Assembly (NCBI GenBank): GCA_963741215.1
Contig: CAVUHQ010000039.1
Span: 2,104 to 66,103 of the forward strand
Length of the DNA: 64,000 nucleotides
Direction of reading: 5' to 3'
Source: an uncultured beta proteobacterium
Lineage (GTDB): Bacteria; Pseudomonadota; Gammaproteobacteria; Burkholderiales; SHXO01
Shown here: piece after piece, positions 1 to 9,131 of the stretch
Numbering within the stretch: the stretch's first letter is position 1
How the letters are laid out: every line of letters begins with the position of its first letter
Translations under genes and position numbers: made by a program
Notes under the pieces: model-generated
Seen by the model: only the letters and a program-made list of their open reading frames with translations
Databases searched by the model: none
What the model was told of the DNA's origin: nothing

Positions 1-741
1 AGCGACGAGCAGCAGCTTGCCTTCACCCGGAATTTCGGCGCCATCGAGCGTGCCCAGGGCGGCAACATCACCAAGGACAACGAGTATCGCCTGCAGGACG
101 GCATGATCGATGTGTCCAACCTGGATCAGCGCGGCCAGCCGTATGACCGCAACGACCGGCGCCGGATGTTCAACCTGGGAAACCGGTTGTGGCATTCCGA
201 CAGTTCTTACCGCGCCGTCCCGGCGAAGTACTCGCTGCTGTCCGCCCGTACCGTGGCATCCCGCGGGGGCGACACCGAGTTCGCCGACATGCGCGCCGCC
301 TACGACGCGCTCGACGAGGACATGAAGGCGCTGATCGAGGACCTGGTCTGCGAGCACTCTCTGATCTACTCGCGCGGCTCGATGGGCTTCAGCGAGCTGA
401 CCGAGAGCGAGCGGTCCATGTTCAAGCCCGTGCGCCAGCGGCTGGTGCGCACGCATCCGGTGACCGGACGCAAGTCGCTGTTCCTGTCGTCGCACATCGG
501 CACCATCGTCGGCTGGCAGATCCCGGAAGCGCGCGACCTGATCCGCGACCTGATCGAGCACGCGACACAGCGCGAGTTCGTCTACGCTCACGTGTGGAAA
601 GAGTTCGACTTCGTCATGTGGGACAACCGGCAGACCATGCATCGCGTGCGCCGATTCGACGAGAGCCAGCCACGCGACATGCGCCGCACGACCGTGGCCG
701 GCACGGCGATGACGGCCGAGCAGGTTGCCAGCGTGGCTTGA
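1..741 (+). CDS. TauD/TfdA-family Fe(II)/2-oxoglutarate dioxygenase, 5' end outside window
   Basis: Frame 1 is open from base 1 (SDEQQLAFTRNFGAIE...). It contains the WHSDSSY (HxD) and GGDTEFADM motifs and a TfdA-like C-terminus (WDNRQTMHRV). Confidence 0.85.
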   Translation, partial: SDEQQLAFTRNFGAIERAQGGNITKDNEYRLQDGMIDVSNLDQRGQPYDRNDRRRMFNLGNRLWHSDSSYRAVPAKYSLLSARTVASRGGDTEFADMRAAYDALDEDMKALIEDLVCEHSLIYSRGSMGFSELTESERSMFKPVRQRLVRTHPVTGRKSLFLSSHIGTIVGWQIPEARDLIRDLIEHATQREFVYAHVWKEFDFVMWDNRQTMHRVRRFDESQPRDMRRTTVAGTAMTAEQVASVA

Positions 742-980
742 GTTCGCGCGATACGAACGACATCAGGCCGTCACTGCCAGGAGGGGACACATAAGCCGCT
801 GCTTCCCCTTGTGCCTAGCCGGGGCGCTGATCGGCGTCAGCGGTCTTCCGGCCGCCACGCCAGATCAGGCGACCAGATGGTGGACGCCGACAAGCTCACC
901 TGGCAGGACGATCCGGGCTTGGCCAGCGTCAAGTTCGTCGTGCTCGCCGCAGCGGACAGCGCCGTGATCGGATGCATTCC

Positions 981-1958
981 TCAGCGCCTTGCGCTCTCGA
1001 TCTTGAACAGCTCGAGGGCGTTGAGGCGGCCGATCTTGAGGCGATCGGCCTCGCTGATCGAAGCTGCATCGAACCACTCGGCCGCCTCGCGCACCTGCTC
1101 GAACGGATAGTCGGTCGAGAACAGGATACGATCGGCGCCGATCTCGAGCATGCAGCTGATCAAGCTCTGGGTGCGGAAGTTCCCCGCAGTCGTGATGTAG
1201 ACGTTGCGCTGGAAGTACTCCGAAATCTTCTGCTTGGCGGGATAGCCCATCGGCGACCACGCGATGCGCTGGTCGATGCGATGGAGATTGAAGGGCAGCG
1301 CCTCGCCGAGATGACCGAGGATCAGCGTGAGCCGCGGGTACTTGTCGAACAGCCCGCTGCCCAGCAGACGCAGCGCATGGAGTCCAGTCTCGGCCGCAAA
1401 GCCGTAAGCGGGGCCGATCAGCCAGGGATGGCCTTCGTAGGCACGCCGCTGGCTCGGCTCGCGCGGATGGAGATAAAACGGCACGTCGAGCTGTTCGACC
1501 ACGCCCCAGAAATCCCAGTACTCGCGCAGGTCGTAGTACAGGCAGTTTTCCGGATTGCCGAGCTGCGAGTAGCCGTTCACCATCGCGCCCTTGAAGCCAA
1601 AGTCCTTTACGCAACGCTGCAGCTCTTTCGCGGCCGCATCCGGATCCTGCATGGCCAGCGCAGCGAAGCCCTCGAAGCGGTCGGGCCGTTTGGCGATCTG
1701 CTGTGCGAGCATATCGTTGGCCCGGCGCGCCACCTCGATCGCTTTGCGCTTGTCATCGATGCGCTGGACCGCTGGCGCATGGAGCGACACGATCATCTTC
1801 TCCATGCCGTAGCGATCCATCTCCGTCAGCCGCTTGTCCTGAAAATCGAGCAGGCGCTCGCGCAGATCGGTCCAGATTGCCTCGCCAACGAAACCGCGGG
1901 CATCAGCGACGGTGTCCGAAATCGCGAAATGTTCCTCGAGACCAATCTTGCCGTTCAT
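981..1958 (-). CDS. amidohydrolase-2 family enzyme (ACMSD / gamma-resorcylate decarboxylase-like)
   Basis: The ORF is 981..2081. I chose the internal start MNGKIGLEEHF at 1958, giving about 325 aa. GLEEHF and the ...STDYPFE tail are typical of non-oxidative decarboxylases of amidohydrolase_2. Confidence 0.8.
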   Translation of the reverse strand: MNGKIGLEEHFAISDTVADARGFVGEAIWTDLRERLLDFQDKRLTEMDRYGMEKMIVSLHAPAVQRIDDKRKAIEVARRANDMLAQQIAKRPDRFEGFAALAMQDPDAAAKELQRCVKDFGFKGAMVNGYSQLGNPENCLYYDLREYWDFWGVVEQLDVPFYLHPREPSQRRAYEGHPWLIGPAYGFAAETGLHALRLLGSGLFDKYPRLTLILGHLGEALPFNLHRIDQRIAWSPMGYPAKQKISEYFQRNVYITTAGNFRTQSLISCMLEIGADRILFSTDYPFEQVREAAEWFDAASISEADRLKIGRLNALELFKIESARR

Positions 1959-2008
1959 CGTGGTTTCCAGTATTGGTATGTCAGTTGCAATTGAGCCCGA
2001 TCGAGCGT

Positions 2009-3259
2009 CTATCTCTCGCTGACCGGCGCGGCGACGCGAGACGCTTGAGTTCCCGTTCCGTCCTGACCTACGCGCTCCCACGCTTTGCCATCGAAACGCC
2101 GTAGTACGGTTTGCCGGATCGGGTAGAAGTCGGTCGGACTGGTATTGACGCGAATTCCCGGCAAGAGCATCGGCAGCTCGAGCTCCTTGATATTGGCTGC
2201 TTCACGCATCACGTTTTCGCGCGTCAGTTTGTCGCCGCAGCGCTGCAGCACATGCACGAGAGCTTGTGCTGAAGTGTAGCCGTAAACATTCAGCCAGTCC
2301 GCCACGTCGCCGTCGGGGTAGTAGCGCTTCATCCAGGCAAGCCACTCTTTGGTTGCCGCATCGTTCTGCCACTCTCCGGCAGACGTATCCTTCAACCAGC
2401 CTGCGGACAGCAGGCCGACCGACTTTTCGAGGCCTGCCGGCACCAGCGTGGCGCCGGTCGACGTGCTCGGACCGGTGACGAAATGGACGGGGTGCCATCC
2501 GATGTCGTAGACCTTGCGGATTGCAAACGAGCCGAACTTCGGCGTGGAAAAATCGAAGAGCGTGTCCGCCCCGGCGCCACGCAAGGCGATGATCTGGGAG
2601 TCGATCGTAGGATCGCTGACTTCATACGAGGCCTCGGCCACGATGCTCGGCTGGGCCTTGTCCGCCAAAGCCTCCTTCAAGGCTTGCACGAAACCCTTGC
2701 CATAGTCGTCGTTCTGATACAGCACTCCGATCTTCGCGGTCGCGCGATGAGACAACAGGTACTGCGCGAGCGGCGCCACTTCGGTGCGCTGATTCGGCGG
2801 AAATACCATGGTCCAGGGGAAGTTCCGCGGGTCCACCAGCCTCAGTGTCGACGCCGTGATGAACAGCTGAGGCACCTTCTGCGCGTTCAAATACTTTTGC
2901 ACTGCTGTTTGCACGCCGGTGCCCGGCGAGCCGAACATCAACAGCACACCTTCCTGCTCCACCAGCTTGCGCGTCTGCTCGACCGTCTTGGCCGGGTTGT
3001 AGCCGTCATCCAGCGACATCAGCGTGACGCGACGCCCGTTTATTCCCCCGTGCTCGTTGATCATCTTGAAGTACGCGGCATGTGCCCGGCCGATGGCTGC
3101 CACCGCGCTCGCCGGCCCGCTGTAGGGCATGGTCTGGCCGATCTTGATCTCGGTATCGGTCACGCCTGGTCCGTATTGCTTCTGCGCATGGGCCGAATCA
3201 AATGGCAGGAGCAGACCGAGGGCGCAGGCGAGAGTGAGAAGTGGCTGGAGAGATTTCAT
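2009..3259 (-). CDS. periplasmic substrate-binding protein, LivK/LivJ (branched-chain amino acid) type
   Basis: Signal peptide MKSLQPLLTLACALGLLLPFDSAHA, then KQYGPGVTDTEIKIGQTMPYSGPASA. GGAG lies upstream of the ATG. It is a paralog of 27204..28373. Confidence 0.85.
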   Translation of the reverse strand: MKSLQPLLTLACALGLLLPFDSAHAQKQYGPGVTDTEIKIGQTMPYSGPASAVAAIGRAHAAYFKMINEHGGINGRRVTLMSLDDGYNPAKTVEQTRKLVEQEGVLLMFGSPGTGVQTAVQKYLNAQKVPQLFITASTLRLVDPRNFPWTMVFPPNQRTEVAPLAQYLLSHRATAKIGVLYQNDDYGKGFVQALKEALADKAQPSIVAEASYEVSDPTIDSQIIALRGAGADTLFDFSTPKFGSFAIRKVYDIGWHPVHFVTGPSTSTGATLVPAGLEKSVGLLSAGWLKDTSAGEWQNDAATKEWLAWMKRYYPDGDVADWLNVYGYTSAQALVHVLQRCGDKLTRENVMREAANIKELELPMLLPGIRVNTSPTDFYPIRQTVLRRFDGKAWERVGQDGTGTQASRVAAPVSER

Positions 3260-3365
3260 TGTTGTGAGCTCCGTGTATGGAGCAGGAGAAGCCCTGCGAC
3301 GCCGACCACTCTATGCCTATAACGCTGTCCGATCACTGTCGAACTGATAAATCCACCGAAGCTCC

Positions 3366-3409
3366 TCCCCTCCTTCCGAAGGAGAGGTGGCGCGAAGCGA
3401 CGGGGTGGT
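3366..3409. repeat. short palindrome (CTCCTTC-C-GAAGGAG) followed by a 24-nt unit, ggtgGcgcgaagcgacggggtggt (copy 1)
   Basis: The unit at 3386..3409 matches 5277..5300 at 23 of 24 positions in the same orientation. Confidence 0.8.
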
Positions 3410-3827
3410 GAGTCGAAGCTTGTGCCGAGATGGAATCTGCCAACCGGTGCCAATCGTTGCGAGCGGCCATGCGTCTGGCGGAGCGGAGAGCCAGCAAGGT
3501 TGTCGGCATGGCTGGCCAGTGGTGCGACCGGGTTGGACCATGACGGGATCGAATTGCCTCGATGCTTCCCACGGGCAACGTCTTGACATTCGCATCCATG
3601 TAGCCTCATAGTGGGTAAAAATGTAACCCTGCTGTAAGCCTGACGTTTTTGGAACGGAATTGCCTGACGGCGATGAAGGGGGCCAAAATGTCGTCTGCGC
3701 TAATCGTCCGCGATCCCACCACTAGAACGGCGCCCGCCATCTGCAGGGTCCGTTGCGTTGTGCCTTGCTGATTCCTAAGTAGCAGGAATTGACTAGTTGC
3801 ATCGCGCCCTGTTGTGGAGGGACAACC

Positions 3828-4409
3828 GTGCCTACCATTCGCCTAAGCAAAGCGTTTGTTGCAATGTGTTGTGTTTCGGTAGCTTTGGGATTCCTTGGCT
3901 TACCACCGGCAAATGCGGTAGTGGTCTCGCCAATCGTGAACGACTACCTCAACGTTTTTCCAGTTCTAAACGAAGCTAATTTGACGTCGTTTCGGACTGC
4001 CGACAATGTGCCATGGTATGTAACCTTTAACCTGCTCGCGCCTGCGGTGGTAAACGTAGGAGTAATTGCGCTACCTCCCGAGGACGACTTCTCGCCTGTC
4101 ATTACCATTACCTCGACCCGTCTAATCGACCTCGACAATGGCCGCGTGATATTCGGGACAGATACTTTCTCAAAGAATCCCTTTCCCCATCCAATCAGTC
4201 ATCTGATACCGGCGGGCTTGATTGACGATGGACATTATGCCATCGAGATAAACGGCAGTGGGAATCGCACCGACCGATTTGGCGATTCTGCTGACTTCAT
4301 CACTCGGTTGCAGGTCAACAACGTTCCGGAACCTTCAACCTACGCTCTGATGATTGTAGGGTTGGGGCTGGCGGGCCTGCTGACCCGGCGCAGAACCGAA
4401 AGAGCATAA
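3828..4409 (+). CDS. PEP-CTERM sorting-domain secreted protein
   Basis: The C-terminus VPEPSTYALMIVGLGLAGLLTRRRTE is the PEP motif, a TM helix and a basic tail. N-terminal signal ...LGFLGLPPANA. GTG 3828 is preceded by GGAGGG; the ORF track starts at TTG 3789. GC is visibly lower (about 50%) than the surroundings. Confidence 0.8.
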   Translation: MPTIRLSKAFVAMCCVSVALGFLGLPPANAVVVSPIVNDYLNVFPVLNEANLTSFRTADNVPWYVTFNLLAPAVVNVGVIALPPEDDFSPVITITSTRLIDLDNGRVIFGTDTFSKNPFPHPISHLIPAGLIDDGHYAIEINGSGNRTDRFGDSADFITRLQVNNVPEPSTYALMIVGLGLAGLLTRRRTERA

Positions 4410-4593
4410 GAAAAACGAACCGCCTATTTCCCGATCGGGAAGGCTTGCGGCCGGTCAGCTGTCGATCACGCGAGTCCTCGGTCAAGACTCGAGGAATTAC
4501 GGCGATTTGCTGGGCCAATCACCCATGCAGCTGCCCGCTATCGGCGCCGTTTTGCCGCTTGCGCGAGTGCGGGGCGAACGGGCTCCTCTCGGC

Positions 4594-4800
4594 TTAGGGG
4601 CTAAGCCCGATGGAAGGGGAGCTTGAGTGTGCGATCAGGCCGCTTGGAACAGATCGACTCGCCGCGCCCGGTGATCTGGGCGGTGCGCGCGCCGACAGGT
4701 GCAGATGGGCGAGGATCTTGGTGATCACCACGGGATCGACGACCGCGCGATGATCTGCAGGTGGCCGCCACAGTTTGCGCAGTATTCCATATCGATATCG
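4594..4800 (-). mobile_element. remnant of an IS91-like (Y2 transposase) C-terminus
   Basis: The translation ...VVDPVVITKILAHLHLSARAPPRSPG resembles the conserved IS91-family tail (..VIxKILxHLGLxxxAPPxxP). There is no intact transposase body. Confidence 0.45.
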
Positions 4801-5106
4801 AATACTCGTTTGAGTAAGCAGCCCCAGCTCATGCACGCTGGTGCTGAGGCGGGTGACGGATACGGATAGGAAATTGAACCGTATCACGCATCGCGGGACG
4901 CCTCAAGCCGGCTCAACCCGGCGTGTTGGATTGACCTTGAGAGGGCTGAGAAAGTGGCCGGGACGCGTGCCTAAGGGGGATGAGGGGTGCCGGAAGGCGA
5001 TGACAGGCAGGTCAACCGTCACGGTGTTGGGACCGGGGCGGCAAAACCTGGCCCTCAGTCCCCATTGCAGGGGCTGGACGAGCCCAGCGACAAGAGGTGC
5101 GCAGGG

Positions 5107-5276
5107 CTACCCGCTCAGGCGCTGGTCGAAGACGAACTCGGGCACAGGTGCCGGGATGTCATCCCATTGGGGCTCAGCGGCCTGCTCCCACAGCGGGGGG
5201 CCGCGTGCGGGGGCACTTGGGGTGGGGTGGTGGGCTCGCCCAGATGGGAGAGGATGCAATGGCGCGCCGGGGCGTC
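5107..5276 (-). mobile_element. second IS91-like C-terminal remnant, frame-broken
   Basis: ...CILSHLGEPTTPP reads in one frame and ARGPPLWEQAAEPQWDDIPAPVPEFVFDQRLSG-stop in another. The EFxFDQR ending is typical of IS91-family transposases. Confidence 0.4.
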
Positions 5277-5300
5277 GGTGACGCGAAGCGACGGGGTGGT
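5277..5300. repeat. 24-nt unit ggtgAcgcgaagcgacggggtggt (copy 2)
   Basis: Direct-orientation match (23/24) to 3386..3409. The two copies bracket the lower-GC PEP-CTERM / IS-remnant patch. Confidence 0.8.
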
Positions 5301-5311
5301 TATAGCCGCGA

Positions 5312-8300
5312 TCACTGCCGCAGCGTGTCTGCAAGCGCCTGGGTTTCCTTGGACGGCTGCACGCCGAGCACGACCGAAAGCAGCTCCCGGCAGCGGCGGA
5401 AGACCTTCAGGGCCTCGGCCGCCTCGCCTGTCTCCTTGAGGCATGCGATCAGGCGGCGGTATATCGGCTCGGAGAGATTGTCGAGCACCAGCGCTCGTTG
5501 ATACAGCTCGATCGCCGCGTCGCGCTCGCCTCTTTCCTCCAAGGCCTTGCCGGCGGCCTCGGTCAGCTGCGTCATGCGTCGAGCGAGCTGCTCGCGAAAA
5601 GCCAATGCCCACGGTTGCTCGGCTTCCTGGTCGAGAACGTGGCCCTTGTAGAGGTCCAGCGTTGCGCGCGCTCTTTCAACCAGGTCTGCACCGGAAGCCT
5701 GCAGGCATTGCGAGGCGCGCTGCTCGAACGACCAGGCATCCACCCAGCATCGCATCGAGTTGAGCGCAATGCGCCCTTTCACGCTGATCAACGCGTCTTC
5801 GACTCCGAGCAGCTTGCGCAGCCGGTATACGTTGGTGTCGACGTTGACGGAAGCCGCGTCGGCCTCCAGGTCTGGCCACAAACGATCTGCGATCACTCGC
5901 GACGTCAATCCCCCCGGGCCTGCCGCGGCGAGGAGCACCAGCAGCTCCAGGGGTTTCTGCGGGGCTTTTCTCTTGAACTGCAAAGGTTGATCGCGGCACA
6001 CCACGCGCAAGCCTCCCAGCAGGTAGAGCCTGACGGTCCACGGCCAATGCTCGGACGCATCTAGGCCGGGGGCGATCTGATAGTGCTCGATCCAGGCCTT
6101 GATCCTGACTGCGCCGATGCCCTCGCTCAGAGCGAAGCTGAAGACAGACGGGAGCACGTTGGGAATCAAGCGCAACATGAAGAGGTCGGTATCCGCAGCC
6201 GTGGAAGCGGCGGAATCGATGAGCGCACGGGCGCTCGTCCGCTGCCCATGGAGCAGCTCGGCATAAGCACGCACGAGCAGCAACTGGGCCTCGGCGTGGC
6301 CCATATACGTGTCCTGTATGGCAGCGCTGGCGCTGCCAGCCAGACGTTCGACTTCTGCCAGTGCCCCCGCCTGGGCGAGGTGCGCCGCGAGTATGATTGC
6401 TCCCGTGATCTCCCCGTAGAAAAGCTTGACGCGCGCATTCGCTTCGAGATGTTTGCGCTCGGCTGCGCTCGCGCCTTCCGGCGCGTCGATATGGGCGGCC
6501 AGCAACGACTGCGCAAATGTACTGAGCATGAGGTCCGAATCGCGCGCGGGACTCATCGCCTGGAGCATGCCAGCGACGTGCCGTTTCGCTTCTTCTACAT
6601 CGCGCTGCACCAAGCGCAGGAACACCCAGAACAAATGCCGCAAGACGGTCGCAGTGTGGGACCCGAAATTGAGCGCGATTTCGTCGGCCCTTCGCAGCGC
6701 CGCTTCCGCCGCCGCATAGCGGCCGTCGGTGGTATAGAACATACCGACCCGGGACCACCAGTAGAGTTGAGCCAGCGGCGGAACTGACTTGTCCTCCAAG
6801 ACCGGTTCGACCAGGCCGATGACCCAGCGCGCCTTCGGAACATCGGCGGCCCAGGCGAAAGAGCGCAAAAGCACGTCGCCCGCGGTGACCAGTTGGTCCG
6901 GCTCCAGCCCTTGGGCGAGGAGGCGCGAAACACGCTCGATACTGGGGCCCAGACGAGGATGGCGCGGGGAACACGAAACCGTTGCGAGCGCGAGGCTGCA
7001 ATAAGCCCGCAGCTCGACATCGCGGTCGGGGATTTCGAGGTCTTCCGCAAGCAATCCGTCCAGCACTTCGATCCACTGTTCGACCGGTCTGGTAGTGACG
7101 TAGCGGCGATAGATCGCCTCGATGACTCTGGCGGCGCACGCGATCTGACCGATCTTGTCGTCCATGCTTCTGAACCGCTCGAAAGCTTGCTCGAGCAGAC
7201 TGATGGCTTCCAACTGGTCCACCGGGATCAAGGACACGCCCAGCCAGTAAGAGATCCAGGGCCGGGCGCCGACCTCCGCCTCCGGCACGCCTGCAATCCA
7301 TTCGCGCAGGGTCTGCGCCCGACCTTGTCGCAGCAGCCGCGGCGCCTGCTTGAGCAGCAAACGCGTGACGGCACCCCAGTCCTCCGCATCGCGATACAGC
7401 GCGACGGCTTCCTCGTCGCGTTCGATCGTTTCCAGCAGTTGCGCCGTCTCTTCGAGCAGACGGCGCAATCCGGTGCGGCTGTATTCCTCCTGCGCCTTCG
7501 CCAACAGAAAATCGCGGAACAAGCGCGTGATATTCGTAGGTTGCCTCGTCCGCTTCCGAGTGCGCGCTGCTTGATCGGAGTCCGCGCCAGCCCGAGACGG
7601 CGGCGGTAGGTGAAGAGATGGCGGCGATGCAGATGCTCGAGGAGCTTCCCCGCGTTTGGATTGCCGGTGAGACTTTCGGCCAGCGAGGGGGTGATCTGCG
7701 GCAGAAAAGCGGTGCGCAACAACACTTGCCGCGTATCGGCCGGTTGCTTCTCGAACAGTGTGCCGGCGAAGTAGTTGAACACCGCCTCGCGCGTTTCCGC
7801 TTCGATCGCTTCGGGCACCACCCCGGTGCGGGCGATGCGCTCGAGCATCAGGGTGAGTCCGGCCGCCCACCCTTCGGATTGCTCGAACAGTTGCACGAGC
7901 GTGCGCTCTTCGATCGGCTGCTTCACCGCTGCAATCTGGCGGGTCTCGTCCAGCGTGAGCCGCAAGTCCGCCCATTCCAGCGTTGCCAGCCGGCCGGTCG
8001 AAGCGTAGCGCGCGAATGTGCTGGGCGGATCGGCTCTGCTGATGCAGAGGACATTCACTGCCTCCGGGATTTCCTCGAGCAGCGACGCCAGGATGGACTG
8101 AAACGAAGAATCGGCAGGTGCCTCCTGCACGTTGTCCAGCACCAGCAAAGCACGCTCGGGAAGCTGGGCGAACAGCTCGCGGAAATAGCGGCGCGAAAAA
8201 CCGTCGAGATCGTGCTGGAACTCGGGCGTGAGCAACGGCAGCGGCTTGTGCTTGCCTTTTGCCGCCTGGTCTGCGGCCACGCCTAAGTAGTAGAAAAAAG

Positions 8301-8523
8301 TCGCGGGGTCGCCATCCCCCGCATCCACCTGGTACCAGATCCCGGGAATCTCGCGCTCGCTCACGTAGCTCGCCACGAGCGTCGTCTTGCCGGCACCTGG
8401 TGGGCCGCAGACCCAGATCGCCGGGTGCTCGCGCGTCTCGTCCAGCCGCTGAAACAGCCGCGCGCGCGGGACCGCGCTATAGAGCTTCGGGCGGCTCAGC
8501 TTGGCGAGTGCGGTTGCGGGCAT
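5312..8523 (-). pseudogene. MalT-like P-loop NTPase / helical-repeat regulator with C-terminal OmpR-type wHTH + BTAD (SARP) module; two frame breaks
   Basis: ORFs 7228..8523 and 5312..7975. N-terminus LSRPKL...VCGPPGAGKTTL, then the MalT-like YEYHALFRDFLL, which is readable only by passing through a third frame around 7520-7580. C-terminus LLGGLRVVCRDQPL...LWPDLEADAA...YRLRKLLG, then a BTAD-like ELYQRALVLDNLSEPIYRRLIACL...GVQPSKET. Confidence 0.8.
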
Positions 8524-8688
8524 GGCTCCTCTGACGTTGGGCTGCAGGCCTTGCGACTCGTGTTGTGACTTTGAGACGGAGTCGACTGTCCACTCTACGC
8601 GGGGGCGCTGTCAAATCGCTGTCAGATCGATCCTGTGGCCCCCGCGATTTTTCTCGCGCTGTCCCTTCGCGCACTACCGTGCCGCCTC

Positions 8689-8895
8689 TCAACATGGGCA
8701 AAGCTGCGGATTGACTGGAAGTTCAATAGGATACGCAGCGGCTTCGGCGTCTTCCTCGAACACGACAGGCGCCGCGACCGTCACCTCCGCTGGCAATACC
8801 GGCGGAGCAATATAGGCTTCCAGATTGATGGCAACCACTGTCAATGCTACTGCTATCGTCAGCGTGATGGCACGAACAACTGTCGTGGTGTTCAT
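8689..8895 (-). CDS. small membrane-anchored hypothetical protein (68 aa)
   Basis: MNTTTVVRAITLTIAVALTVVAINL... with AGGAG 7 nt upstream of the ATG at 8895. The ORF track gives the longer 8689..8955. Confidence 0.45.
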   Translation of the reverse strand: MNTTTVVRAITLTIAVALTVVAINLEAYIAPPVLPAEVTVAAPVVFEEDAEAAAYPIELPVNPQLCPC

Positions 8896-9131
8896 GACGT
8901 ATCTCCTCATCGGATTGGGTGTGGAACCGAGCCGTGCTGCGTGACCCAGTATCATCTCGACCGGCTGACAATTAGCTGGCAGATTGCGAAGAATGCAAAA
9001 GCAGGCGCGAGCGCGCGTGCTGCTCGACTGGCCCCGCGCCCGGCGCCGCCCTCGTAGGGATCAGCCCGGTGAGGGATAATCGCGCACCGACCTTCGCCTA
9101 CTCGTCTGCAACACGCTCGTGGGGAGAGAAC

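Noticed and set aside
811-1110. ORF with a protein-like stretch (MVDADKLTWQDDPGLASVKFVVLAAADS) in the 240-bp convergent gap, possibly a cupin/ChrR-like fragment.
   Set aside because: Only about 35 plausible codons precede the overlap with the 3' end of the amidohydrolase gene. That is too short to assign and there is no RBS.
972-1994. Long ORFs antisense to recognisable genes. Examples: 972..1994, 2483..3322, 5676..7301, 9204..10340, 11259..12638, 13263..14147, 27174..27938, 28392..29630, 37384..38631, 41555..43492, 47125..48645, 52970..54121, 56347..57663, 57660..58715.
   Set aside because: These are typical shadow ORFs of high-GC DNA. Their translations are Arg/Ala/Gly/Pro-rich with no motifs, and each fully overlaps a gene with clear family signatures on the other strand.
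4428-4441. Perfect palindrome TTCCCGATCGGGAA 19 nt after the PEP-CTERM stop, considered as a terminator.
   Set aside because: It has no loop and no downstream T tract. It could equally be a restriction-site-like palindrome.
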